DNA of 64,000 nt from NCBI GenBank assembly GCA_002633005.1, contig NMRA01000565.1:131682-195681 (forward strand), read 5' to 3'. The stretch comes from Phoronis australis (lineage: Eukaryota; Animalia; Phoronida). Each line of letters begins with the position of its first letter. Within the stretch, counting starts at the first letter, position 1. Of the stretch, positions 11,544-23,560 are shown one piece after another. A program made the translations under genes and the position numbers. The notes under the pieces were generated by a model that saw nothing but the letters and a program-made list of their open reading frames with translations, was not told the origin of the DNA and did not search any database.

Positions 11544-13139
11544 AATGAGCACGCGCAACAATCGCATGTTCAGCAAAGGGCATTGTACCGACATTTAAAC
11601 GTTATGAAAAATAAGACGCACAATTTCCATAAAAACGATAACTTAATTCAGTGAAATTTTTCTCTCGTGTTCTCTCACTTGAAATCACCGATCTCCATTT
11701 TGACTGCGGGTATCGTGTCGTCGGGATCCTTTGACTTATGCATTATACTCAGTTACTATTGGTAACCTACTTTAGCAGACGATGTTTTCCCTGTCGAAGC
11801 TTAGCGTGATAAAATGTGTAGTAAGCAATAGTAGTTGCTAATCTAATTAGATTCATTTTATTTCTTTTTTGTTTAAATTTTCAATTGGTTTTGAGTGAAA
11901 GCATTATTTGACAAAAATAGCTCGACTTTTCTTAAAAGGTCACGACCTCCAACCCCGGGCCTCTAATATAGAAAGTAGTAACAAAGTTTCTAGTTTCTTT
12001 CATTTTTTCGGTAGATTTTTGAAAAATTTCACTCAGACTTTTTATATGGCGGATCACAACCTATATGTATGTACTTGCGCGTTAGGTTGCAAGTTTTCTC
12101 TTATAAAAGAGACAGTTTTAAAACTAACGATTTATTTCTTGAAAAAAGGTAACAAAGATGAAAACAACGGCAACTGTGCAGTGAACTTGTAACATCTCCT
12201 GGAAATGGTTAAATAACAACAATATTTGATTTTGTAATTTCCTAGGAATCGGCGCCCAACGGGAATTGTGAGCACGTTTATCTCTTAATGAGTAACAACT
12301 GCGAGGCTGAAATTTGGTGAACACTGTTGAATTGTGCAGAATAGTAAGTAAAGATATGTCTAACTAAATTTCACCGTAATTTGTTGGCGAAAACAATTTA
12401 CACAAAGTTTTAAACTCGTAACTTATCCCGCTGTCCTCCAATATGGCCGACGCGATCCAAACAAAGTGACCCAAATTTCGCCACAAAACTTGCAATAACT
12501 TTACACTGCTTGCCCCGATTTTGATACTTTTTCGATTTTTACTGAGTAGAATGTACTACCTTTCCGATGATAGTAAAGTACTTTTTCAAAACGAGGAAAA
12601 AAATAAAACCGAAAAAAAATTGGTTCGACCCATATTGGTTCCTAGGTTCGACCGGCCTACGTAAGGAACTAAACACCAATGCTATTTTAACATACTAAGT
12701 ACGCGTAACATTCCAAAAAAATCAACGACCACTAACTACAAACTATAAATACACTACATATGCAAACGAATCACGATATATTACTAATAAAACAAAATAA
12801 TGAAGACTTTTCGAGCAAGCCATAGCACATTCAGTTACAAGGAAAAAATGGCGGCGTTCAGGACAAGTTCCTGAACTGATGAGCCGGAAATGTGGGTACG
12901 GAAATAACCGATGACAACCGGTAATCATACGCTCAGAGAGAAGGGTCAAATACTGTTAAAAAATCGCTTTTGGCAAGAAAGGCGAAAAGAATATAAAGAA
13001 AGGGTGTCGAAAATAAGAATTTATGTAGTAAGTATTTTCGGATACTAGAACCACATGGGCAGTTTGCAACAAGGACTTTAAGTTTAGGTCCTGCCGCTTG
13101 CATGTCAAGTGTAAGTTACACTGCTGCAACTGTATTACT

Positions 13140-14222
13140 TTAAAGACAGCGTCCAGCGGCTAAAACACCTTTTCAACGCCAGAAATGTATGTATTGTTCA
13201 TAAAAATATTGTTTTTGCTTCTTACATACCACGGAAAGTAATTAATTGCGACGCAAATTACACAGCTCATAATTCGTAGCCCCTTCGAGTGCCTCAGAAA
13301 AAATCTCAACCAATCAGCGTAAAGTGGTTCATATGACATCATCGTGGCCACTAAATTACTGGGAAGCCACACTGCGCAACAGCTGAGTGCTATTTCTTGG
13401 ACGTTCTGTACTTGTCGATCTTTCGGCTAAAATGCCTCTTTGCGTGATGTGCGGGTGTAGAAATGTTAGTGACAATGGGCGGGATACATTTGCACAAACC
13501 TGTGCGGTTATTGTTTACAATCCGACTCCATTAACGTACATACTTGATATTAATATTTTCTGAATCCTCTCGTCAGGGTGATCATCGTGATTCCAAAAAT
13601 GTATTACTCTTACCAATTAGGCTCTTTTTATTCATGCATTCACCGTTTTTACGAGGTGTTCATTTGCGGCAGCCAATCTCGAGTGACCGCCATTATACAA
13701 CTGCGACACCTGTCGGCAGGATTGATAACTACAACGATCATGCGTGTGTCAAAAAGACCCCAAAATGTTGAAGATACCGCGTGGCATGTTTGGGGAACTC
13801 TGAGTAAAAAACAGTAATTGTCATTTATAAAGGATTCCTTTTTCAAAACTTTATTAGAAAAAACACAAGAGTGTGTTCTGGTGGACAAATGTCGTCCTCG
13901 AAAACACTTGACATCTCGCGGTTAACCGTTAGTTATCAATCATGCCGACAAGTAGCGCACTTTCAAAAATGGCTGCCTCACTAAATTCGCGTTGCAAATG
14001 AACGCTTTGGAAAAACTCGGAAATTGTGATTAATAATCGACCAATCAGCACAAGTAATACATTTTTGGAATCACCATGACCAGAGGATTTAGAAAATAGT
14101 AGTATCAAGTATGTACGTTAATGGAGTCGGATTGTAAACAATACAACTTCCTCACCGATCACGTTGTGTGTCGTGCGTGGAATAGATTCGTATCCACGAC
14201 AAGGACTGGCGACAAACTTTAA
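13140..14222 (+). mobile_element. Kolobok-like relic with a THAP-domain pseudogene
   Basis: Starts ttaa|agacagcgtccag; MPLCVMCGCRNVSD at 13432 continues after an insertion as YNFLTDHVVCRAWNRFVSTTR (THAP C-x4-C...F(P)...W pattern), with a frameshift. Confidence 0.55.
13511..14141. mobile_element. 631-bp MITE with about 90-bp TIRs
   Basis: ttgtttacaatccgactccattaacgtacatacttgata... is mirrored at 14053-14141; TA on both flanks. Confidence 0.85.
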
Positions 14223-14279
14223 GTTGCCGATCGGCAAGATCTGTTTTAGGCTTGGTACAAAGCTGTATACAAAATCTAC

Positions 14280-14700
14280 AGCTTCGCGTCGATGTGTGTA
14301 AAAATGACTAAATAAAATCTGTCATTAAAAGCTGCACCGCTCTTTGAGTGAGTAAACCAAATTATTTACCGGTGTTGGAAAAATTATTGTTACCGCTCAT
14401 CTAGGCCTACTGCTAAAATTGAAGTGCGTTCTTGTGAGTCGGCGTTTTGCGATTACGTCACCTGACCTGAACAGTTTCTTTTCCCCCGGTTTATTCTTCT
14501 ATCAACTATTTTTTGCTGCCACGAGGTTGCGTACTGTTCCAGCAAATTGTCGGAACTGGTTTGATTTCTTCACAAGTTATTAGCATTTATTATTTACAGC
14601 TGCAAGCTGTCCCAATAGTAGTCGCAGAATTTTAGTACGGCGCGTGCGCGTGTCACGAGCGTACTGTTTTCAAAACGACAACAGACTTTCTTTGTTACAC
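14280..14700. mobile_element. Old diverged relative of the internal region of the CAC/5-bp-TSD element
   Basis: Shares colinear blocks with 35595-36022 (ctgctaaaattga, acgaggttgcgtac, aaatt.tcggaactggttt, cgtgtcacgagcg, cagacttt..ttgttaca); no TIRs. Confidence 0.7.
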
Positions 14701-14916
14701 AACTCAAAAGGCGCAGAGTAACAATCCTAGTTGGCACTTGATGATACTAACATGAAAGCTATGAGTTTTTACTTGAAATCTCGTGTTGTTACCAATATTG
14801 GTTCCTTGATACTACACAGTCTCCACTAACATGGTTCATCAGCAAGATGGCGGACCACTCCGCTCAACGAAAACCACTGACGTGTTTTCAACTCTAGTTA
14901 TAGTTATCTCATTGTG

Positions 14917-15175
14917 TAGACCTAAATCACGCGGCGGACATTAAAATCCAAAGCGAGGCTCACTGCGATAAGTAAACAAAGCGGAAATTTACACTGCCTG
15001 AGTTAAATGACCGGTCTTTCGAGTCCAACCAATATTAGATCTTAAAAATGTTTCTATAATTAACCACAGAGACGTAGAAAAATACATTAGAGAACAAGTC
15101 AATGCACCAAAGACTTGTCTGACGAAAGAGTATAAGATTTTTTTGGAAAACTAGGTTCGAAACATGAACAGTAAA
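14917..15175 (+). mobile_element. Possible 5' relic of an ISL2EU/Harbinger-related element with a decayed accessory-protein exon
   Basis: DLKNVSIINHRDVEKYIREQVNAPKTCLTKEYKIFLEN*VRNM followed by gtaaat; resembles, from memory only, N-termini of SWIM/YqaJ accessory proteins. Confidence 0.35.
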
Positions 15176-15491
15176 TATGACCAAACTGCGCCGCGATCGT
15201 CACGGTAGTGTTATGGATTATGCTAAATGCAGGGTTACGTTTCTTCTTGTAAATTATTGATAAAAATGCCTTCTACGCGAAACAGCTCATCTGCTCGTAT
15301 TGTTGACGAGTTGAAGATATATTCGACAATGGTGGCTCATTGCATTTTGCTGTCTTGTGCAATTAGTCACATCTGGTTTAATTTGTTGATCAAAAGTATT
15401 AACATCAAGCATAGCCTATGTCCTGATGAGCTAGAGACTACCGGGACTGACAAGTGATTTGTCATTGATCTGAAAGAATAACTTATGTTAT

Positions 15492-15608
15492 ATATAGATT
15501 ATTACATGGCGAAGTCGTTATTCCCCGTTATCTAGAGCCCGAGTGGATTTTGGAGAATTACCGCCCGAGGGGCGTTAGCCCCGAGGGTGATAATTCTACA
15601 AAATCCAC
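15492..15608. repeat. Partial copy of the palindromic repeat at 18108-18272, in inverted orientation
   Basis: atatagattattacatggcgaagtcgtt...aattctacaaaatccac is the reverse complement of 18156-18271. Confidence 0.85.
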
Positions 15609-16750
15609 TAACAAAACGCATGCATCCAAAAAGATACTCATGGATTAACACCCGCCAATAAACTCGTGGATGAGCGCCAACGACTCCATGGGCCACGCTT
15701 CAAACCAATTGACCCAAGGCTGCCTGTCTACAAAAATATAGCTCAGTGGCGGACCCCCATTTGTGGGTGTTTAATTGTTAATGAATGTGAGCCCATGAGC
15801 AGTGCTTTTCATTTTGGTCGTGAGACTGGGCACCGAGATGGTGAGTCAGTCCGGACTCAGTGAGTTTAGAGTAAAATGCTTGTGGCCGTGACGTAAGTGA
15901 TTGAGGTGTGTCCGAATATAGGCACCTAGTCGTTTGTTTCGTGAGCCATAACATTGAGGTTTGTTTACATAAATACTCCCCTCTGAAAGTTTATGCATTG
16001 AGCTAAAATTTGATCAACACTAGGGACTATTATATAGTCTTGTAAAATTAAACCTTTCTACCGTAGCTTCGGTTGCAAGGTGCATAGTGCGCGCACCCAG
16101 CGTTCAACATGGGGGGGGGGCTCGAATTCCTAACGGTGTGACCTTCTGGTAACAAAATATCCGGCGGACTAAAAAAAAAATATTAAAAAAACGGGCGCAC
16201 CACTGTGAATTGCGCGTTTTTAAACGGTCTGCGTGTATACCCACATCACCTCGTGTGCGGTCGATCTCACCTCACCGAGAGGTGTCGCGTTAACCTAGCT
16301 GTGAGTAAGGTGAGTACACAAAGCAGCGACGTTAGTGGGTTTTCAGCTGAGTGTCTGCCGCTATCTGTGGCGGATTTAGAGGGGAGCCAAGGGGGTCATG
16401 TCCCCCTGAAATTCTCCCAGATTCTATTTGGTAGTTCGTAAAAGTAAGTTTCAAAATTTTAAAACACAAACCCCAACTCAACAGAATGTCATTATCCTCT
16501 GTAATTTTCCCACCTTATGTATTGCATGCTGTGTGTATTCATTCTCATGATAATACAGCTCAGTGGAAGCAACAATTTAGGACTAGATAAGCGAGGCAAT
16601 GTTTTTAAATTCCAAAATGCTTCGCGTAAGAATGCAACATTGATAACTTAAATTTTACCTCTAGTTTTATGATGGGAGAAAATCTTCGTCGCTCACCGTA
16701 TCCATAGTCGTTTTAATTAACTTATTGAAAATCGCCCGTTGACATGCGTG

Positions 16751-16890
16751 CGTTCAGTAACGCTAGGACCTACGCTAAGTAATAGCTAAAATCTAGTCAA
16801 AATCTCGTGTTCTCATTTAAAATACACGGCACTGCCTCCCGTAATCTCGCGAAGTCTTGCTTTTTAGCGAGGTCCTAGCGTTACTGAACG
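16751..16890. mobile_element. 140-bp inverted-repeat element (MITE-like)
   Basis: cgttcagtaacgctaggacct(a)cgctaa ... ttagcgaggtcctagcgttactgaacg. Confidence 0.7.
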
Positions 16891-17439
16891 GGATGCAGGT
16901 CGCAATTTCTTTTTTGGTCACGTGACCTATGGTTTGTGTATTATGACAAAATGTTGAAATGGGGATCATTTCAGTTCTGGCGCTGTACTTATATACCCAA
17001 TCTCTTATTAAAAATTTTGTGTGGTAGATACTTTAGTCCTTTATTACAAAGTAAATCGGTTGAGCAGTTCCATTACAGGGTCATCTATTCTTCCTCGGCG
17101 TCCACAAACCTACTCTACAAGTAGAGTTTGTGACACATGTATATCATGTGCAAATCATTGTTAGAGATTTTGTTTATGAACACCATGGACATTTACCGGG
17201 ATCGCGTGCATTCAGAGTAGACTCCTGTGTGTAAGTTATGTAATTGCGACAAAAGCTAGTATTCGCATCCAAAGCGACTAAATGTTTTCCCTTGATACGT
17301 AATCTCATCGATACTCGTGGAGGGAGGTAAGCTTACCACAATTAGCGGCTATATGGAGATCCGTAAATGAACAGTTTTTGTTTAGAATAGTACCACGCGT
17401 AGAATGGTCTAATCAAACCCGTGGAGAACGTAATTTTAT

Positions 17440-18027
17440 ACCACAATATTAGCCTCGAACCGTGTACTAACCTAAAAGGTTATCTCACTAGTGAGATAAC
17501 ATTTTGGCGGGAAACCGAGGCCGGAGTCGAACCTGGGCCTCAACAGTTGCGAGTCGCCGACTTTTACCACTACACCACTCAGCGGCTGACATCATCGCAC
17601 GCGAAAAAATGAGCACGCGCAACAATCGCATGGGCATTGCACCGACAATTATACGCTATGAAAAATAAGACGCATAATTTCCATAAAAACGATATTTTAA
17701 TTCAGTGAAATTTTTCTCTCGTGTTCTCTCACTTGTAAATCACCGATCTCCAATTTGAATGCAGGTGTCGTGTGGTCGGGATCCTTTGTCTTGAGCATTA
17801 TAGTCAGTTACTAGTGGTAACCTACTTTAGCAGACGATATATTCCCGGTCGAAGCTTAGCGTGATAAAATGTGTAGTAAGCTATAACAGTTTCTAAACCT
17901 TAATTTATAGATTCACAAATTATTTCTATTTTGTTTTATTTTTCAATTGGTTTTGAGTAAAAGCATTATTTTACAAAAATATCTCGGCTTTTCTTAAAAG
18001 GTCACGACCTCCGACCCCGGGCCTCTG
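17440..18027. mobile_element. Uninterrupted copy of the tRNA-like-containing repeat
   Basis: Colinear with the pieces at 9075-11965; shared sequence stops abruptly at ccccgggcctct(a/g). Confidence 0.8.
17514..17583 (-). pseudogene. tRNA-like (pseudo-tRNA / SINE-head) sequence
   Basis: Minus strand gctgagTGGTGTAGTGGtaaaag...ctcgcaa...GGTTCGACTCCggcctcggt: A box, B box and acceptor-stem pairing present, anticodon stem poor. Confidence 0.6.
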
Positions 18028-18107
18028 ACAAAGCCGAGGCGAGTCGAGAAAGGTAGATCGATTCATTGCAATGTTTCTCGTTCAGTATATGTGGTATAAA
18101 TACAATG

Positions 18108-18272
18108 TAGATTATTCATGTTCTCAGTCGTTATCCCCTTTATATAGAGCCCTCGTGGATTTTGTAGAATTATCACCATCGGGGCTAACGCCCCTCGGGC
18201 GATAATTCTCCAAAATCCGCTTGGGTTATAGATAACGGGGGACAACGACTTCGCCATGTAATAATCTATATC
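18108..18272. repeat. About 165-bp imperfect palindrome (non-autonomous element)
   Basis: tagattatt...gtggattttgtagaattatc / gataattctccaaaatccgc...aataatcta. Confidence 0.8.
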
Positions 18273-21200
18273 TTATCAGTGTGTCACGCGTGTCAGACAA
18301 TTACTAACTGTTTCAAAGACACATGCACCCACGAATTAGGCACATGTCAAAGATAATGGCATAGCATTTTGCTGCATCAACAAGGTGAGAACGACAAAAC
18401 ACATCCGCGCGTGCAACATCACGAGGTCCTAACCGAGTGGGGGGAGCATGATGCTCCTCTTTAAACGGGCTGCGCCACTGCCGGTATAAACATCTTGCTG
18501 GGTACTTTAGCTTCGGAAGCGGCTCGCGCGGCAGTAGAAAATCAATAGTTGAGTGTGTTCGCGTTCGGCAAGGAGACAAAGAAAGGCGGATCGGATGTTG
18601 GCAAGCTCGATCAACTTGTCAATGATTCCAGCGCTACGATACCACCCGGGCAAGATGGGGGGGGGGGGNCCATTGAATGTACCCCGTGAATCTTTAGTCA
18701 GTGAAAGGTCTCCATTTTTTAGGCTGGTTGTGAGTTATACAAAACTCTAACAAAGTGTATCTCAGTAGATGCAATTTGCGAAATAAAACAACTTGTTTGT
18801 TTAAAAGCTCAGTGTATTTGCAAGGACTTTGCCACGAATTTTGATGATTAATTAGTGTAAAACAATGAAGTCGGGCTGTAATTATAGCTAAGACCAGTAA
18901 GCATCTGAATTGTAGTGTCGAATTGTCTGTGACAGACGTATTGACGCCATCCGTTATTTGAGCACCTCCGTCTTCCGTCAGGTTAAAGAACTGAAATTGC
19001 TGTTATCGGGTGGAACTACTCGATCTGAAGTAAAATATGTTGTTTTTCGTTTGGCGGCATTCTCCATTAAAGGGGTCACATCTACGAGTGCAATCTCTTT
19101 GTGACCATCTTGATCATTCAATACTTGGGTAATCAAATCAGTTCATGTGCGATTCCCCACGTAAACGGGTGCGCAAGGGGGTGTTGAAAGATTGCCATTA
19201 CGTCATTCCCGACCTGTCTAGCCCCCGCACCCCTAAAAGTAACCCTTTCATAAGGGAAACTTGACCAGAAAACTACACGATTCCGTGGATCAAAGTGGTC
19301 GTCAAACAACCGCTCAACTGAAGCGTACATTCCGCATTCACCGGGTCCAAACAACCGCACAAAAGCTCGCATTGCCCACCCTCGTCTCTCGAGCATGATT
19401 TTACTAACGCAATTCAAATTGACATAAAACTATTGGTATAAATAGTGTCACCCCTTAACATGATTCAAAATATGGTCTAGAACTTCTCCACTCGGCTTGC
19501 AGCGATAAAGAAATAAAGAGTACCCAAACGTCTATAGCTTTGTTTTCTCACGGGGAAACACGATGTCACGGTGCGACTTGCTCAACTTTTATGCAAGAGA
19601 CACAACTCCACTCACAGATGGCACTGTAGCTTGGCCCGCCCTTTGGCGGTTGGCATTTCACCTGGGCGTGACATGTATGGCGTTGTAACAGAATGAACGT
19701 GTTATGCAGGGGGAACCGATGAATAAAACATGAAGACTGTATACTTTTATTAGCTGTAGCTACGTCAATAAGACTCCAAAATTCTACATTGCATTCATCA
19801 TAAAATACCTCACCTTGGTACACCCAACAGAGGTCACAAATGAAATCAAATTTCTGTGACAATAATCATAGAATAAATGTGAACACCGATCACTGATTTA
19901 ATGTGACAGGTAAAACTATTATCAGACAAACTGGAGCAACACAATTCTAATACGTGAAGATGCAGTTCCAAAATGACATCCAGAGAGGGGACTGACGATC
20001 CAGGGGATTTCATGAAAAGAATCTTGAGCTGTTTCAGCAACTTAACCAGTTCGCTAACCTTTAAGTTCTTGGCTATCACCAAAGAAACCACCTAACTTCC
20101 CCCGTGTTATTGTTCTCTGAAAAGTAACTTGAGTAATCAGATGTCCATCATAAACGTGGCTGTACACACTGGGGGAGACGACAATATTTTTTAATTTTTC
20201 ATATGAATTTTTTTGAAATTTGGACAAAAATGTGACTTTTATAACTTTAAACTACAAAGACGTACACAGATTGCATTCTGCTTCACTAATTCTGCTGGAT
20301 ACACAACATAATGAGACAATTATCAAGGGTCATAAATGAGCTGATGGAAATTGAGGAAAGCCAAGCCTGTGATCCTACAAACTCTTGGCACCGCTCTTTT
20401 TTCAAATGCATTGCAGTAACTGAATTTATAATTTGCATTTTAGGAGGTGACAATCAACACCTGAGTGATTGGATGGTGCGTGCCTTGCGAATCTTTTTTA
20501 CTCAACACACTTGCTAATCTAGGTATTCATTCAAAGGACTTTCCGGCTCACTTTCAAGTTTCATTTTTGCATAATGGCTGGTTAGTTGTACTCTCACCCC
20601 AGAAAAAATGCTACTGTGGACCCGAGTATTCATTTCTGATGTGCTCCACAGGGGTCGCTTCTGACCTACTGTTTACACCTCACCAACTTATCTATGATGT
20701 GATTGGATGTTTAGGAGCCAACAACCCTCCCACAATGCATTCGAAAAATAGCAGCAGCCTGTTCAAGGAAACGCCCCAAATTAGCACATTGAGTGGATTC
20801 CTCACATTTCTTAATAACAACAAGGGACCTGGATGACGTGGGCCCTCTGGATCCTTACCTGCCTCACTCCATCAGGACAGAAGACAAATGCACAACTTCA
20901 TACAAGTATGATTAATAATACTTAATAAAGTGGCTACACATCCAATTTCTGTGGCAGAAAACGGCTTTTGACTTACACCACTTCCCAATTTGAAATTGAT
21001 CTCGAACTATTCCTTCGTCAAAATAGACATGATTTCAGGGTGGTTTGGAATGAAATGACGATTTGTCATTGCTGGATACAAAGGTCTACAACTTGACTTG
21101 CCACAGCATGTCATTTCACACGTGACATGGTCTCAAGCAAGAAGGAACCATCACTGCTTTGCAAGGTCAAAAATGACTTCTCATTTGAGTAAGGAACAAG

Positions 21201-22704
21201 TTAAAATCAATTTTCTAGTGGCACCTAGTGGTCTTAATCAAAAGTTAGTTTCTTCAACGAGACACACGTTTACTGTCACTTTAACAAAATCGAAGATTAA
21301 CAGAAATTCAATCACTTGTTCTTATCATTATAAACTGGTAAGGGATAGCCACATAAAACTCTGCAACCTCTCTTAATATCATTTTTTGTCACATAATCTT
21401 GCATTTCTACATTCAATAAAACAATTTTGTATAAGAACACCACAATTAGAGAGAACTTAGGTCCTCTATAATGTAAAACTCACAAAACCACCATCATATT
21501 CACAAAGACAATAATATTGCATCGGTTGCCATGTCTTTTACGAGACTGTAATCACATATTTTCTCCATTACAAAGCACTGAACTTGCATCATGTAATAAA
21601 ATCACTTGTAAGAGAACGAAAATTACAACACTTGTCCAAGTTAATGCCCACATTTGAACAAAACCCCAAACTACTCACTCTTAACCATCCAGTGTTAAAC
21701 TGTACACTACCTTCCAATATATGTTGTCAGAGCTTGTACTTCCTTAGACACAAACAGGTCTTTGAAATCCAAGACTTACATCTTCCAAAATGCACACAGT
21801 TAGTTACCTGATACTAGGAAACAGCAAGATGTGTATATTCAATACACATTTTATTTGGCCATAGAACAGAAAGTGGCTGACAGACATATTTGTAACTCTG
21901 TGAGCAACAAACCAAACTGGTTGGCTCTTTGTAAATCCGTGTCCCACTTCATACACACTACCAGATTTTGAAGTTCGCAACTAAAACACCTTGGGTGTTA
22001 AACCTAATTAATACAGGACTTACTCTTGGTAAATGTCATTAAAGCAAATGTACTTCTCTTGCATTGCAAAAAGGCATCTGATTCAAATTATGTGCCTTGA
22101 ATTGACACAAAAATAATCAGTAAAATACAAGTTACACAAGACAACGTCTACACTTACGTTGAAAACAACATTCCAGTTAGAAAATAAATTTAGCGACACA
22201 CCTATAATGCACCGGGAAATAGCACTTGAGACAATTTTAATTTATAGAGAAAAATAGACATAATTCTTGTCAGACCAAAAATGTTTCTAAATGACAACCG
22301 TAACAGTCACAAAAACACTTGTACATAAATTATAACAAGGTTGTAAAATCGTGCATTGTGAACGTGCTAAATTTTGCTGCATAAAGAATACGCCAGATGG
22401 CGACGTCCAATGTACTTAAAACCTCAACACTCGCTCTATTCATTCCATTTAATGCAGGAATTAATGGCCGTCAATTAGAAACCATTAAAAATGCAGTTCT
22501 GTGACTTCACCAAAATGTGCAAAGCAGGGAACATCTCAAAAGTTACAGTAAGTAATAGAATTAACATAACTACTCTGTAATAGTTTTTATCTTACAAGAC
22601 ATATATTTTTAGAAAGAAATTTTGTGTCATTTTTCAAAGAATCAAAAAGGTAATTTTATATTAGGTTTATAAAGCAGTTATGTATCTGTTGAAAATCGTT
22701 AAAA

Positions 22705-22912
22705 ATAGCGTCTGCACAAGCCTCTCAAGTTCCAGTGAAAATAGTCTGCACAATAGCCTCTCAGTTTCCAGTGAAATTAGTCCCCTTACTTGCCTAGAAA
22801 GTTCCAGTGAAAATATTCTGTGCACTAGCCTGTGAAAAGAATCCATATGCTAACTAGAAGTGAAAGTTCCCGTACAATTGCCTGGAAAGTTTCCGTGATA
22901 ATAATCTGCACA
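22705..22912. repeat. Degenerate about 33-bp tandem repeat
   Basis: Recurring (g)ttccagtgaaa(a)t and tctgcac motifs. Confidence 0.6.
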
Positions 22913-23214
22913 CGCCGTCTGTAGTCCTCAGGCCTCCAGGGCCTGCTCACATGAGTATCAGACTAAGCACAGCTGAGAGGAAGGCTGAATACTCAGTCTG
23001 AAAAGGAAAGATGCACTGCTTTACAAAATTAATTAAACATGGAATAGCAAAGAGTCATTTCGCAACATCAACTTCACAGTCAGTTTCCCGTCATAACCAA
23101 TGGCTGCTGTGATCATTAACTCCACTTGCACTCAGCCGTCATGACTGAGAATTGCATCATGATGGCAATAACGGGTCATTCTCTCCGATTACAGAATGAC
23201 CCGTTTTTGCCTGA

Positions 23215-23560
23215 TTATTGTCTGTGTCAAATCCTGCAAATCAAGTGGTCAGACAGAGTAAGAAATGAAACTATTTGGAGCAGAGCCAGGCAGGAAGTCA
23301 TAGAGATCCAGATTAAGAGAAGAAAGTGGAGGTGAATTGGTCACATGCTACGAAAGCCGAATGCAAATATCACCAAGCTTGTCCTTAACTGGAACTCCCA
23401 AGGGAGACGGAAGTGGGGCAAACCTGTGCAAAACTGGAGAAGAACTGTCACCTCTGAACACCTCTCTATTGGCATTTCATGGGTCGAGATCTGAACAAAG
23501 GCTGCCAACTGGACCAGATAGTGAGCAGTCACACAGGCCCTATGCACCTCAAGGCACAAG
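23215..23560 (+). mobile_element. RTE (BovB-like) LINE 3' remnant
   Basis: CLCQILQIKWSDRVRNETIWSRARQEVIEIQIKRRKWR*IGHMLRKPNANITKLVLNWNSQGRRKWGKPVQNWRRTV, a typical RTE C-terminus with one stop. Confidence 0.85.

Larger units (their letters stand above)
9075..11965. mobile_element. Host repeat containing a tRNA-like segment, split by two insertions
   Basis: 9075-9189, 9589-9678 and 11549-11965 together align colinearly with the uninterrupted copy at 17440-18027. Confidence 0.8.

Noticed and set aside
11966-12659. Probable DNA-transposon fragment ending ...cgaccggccta
   Set aside because: Only one putative end, and no second copy or TSD in the window.
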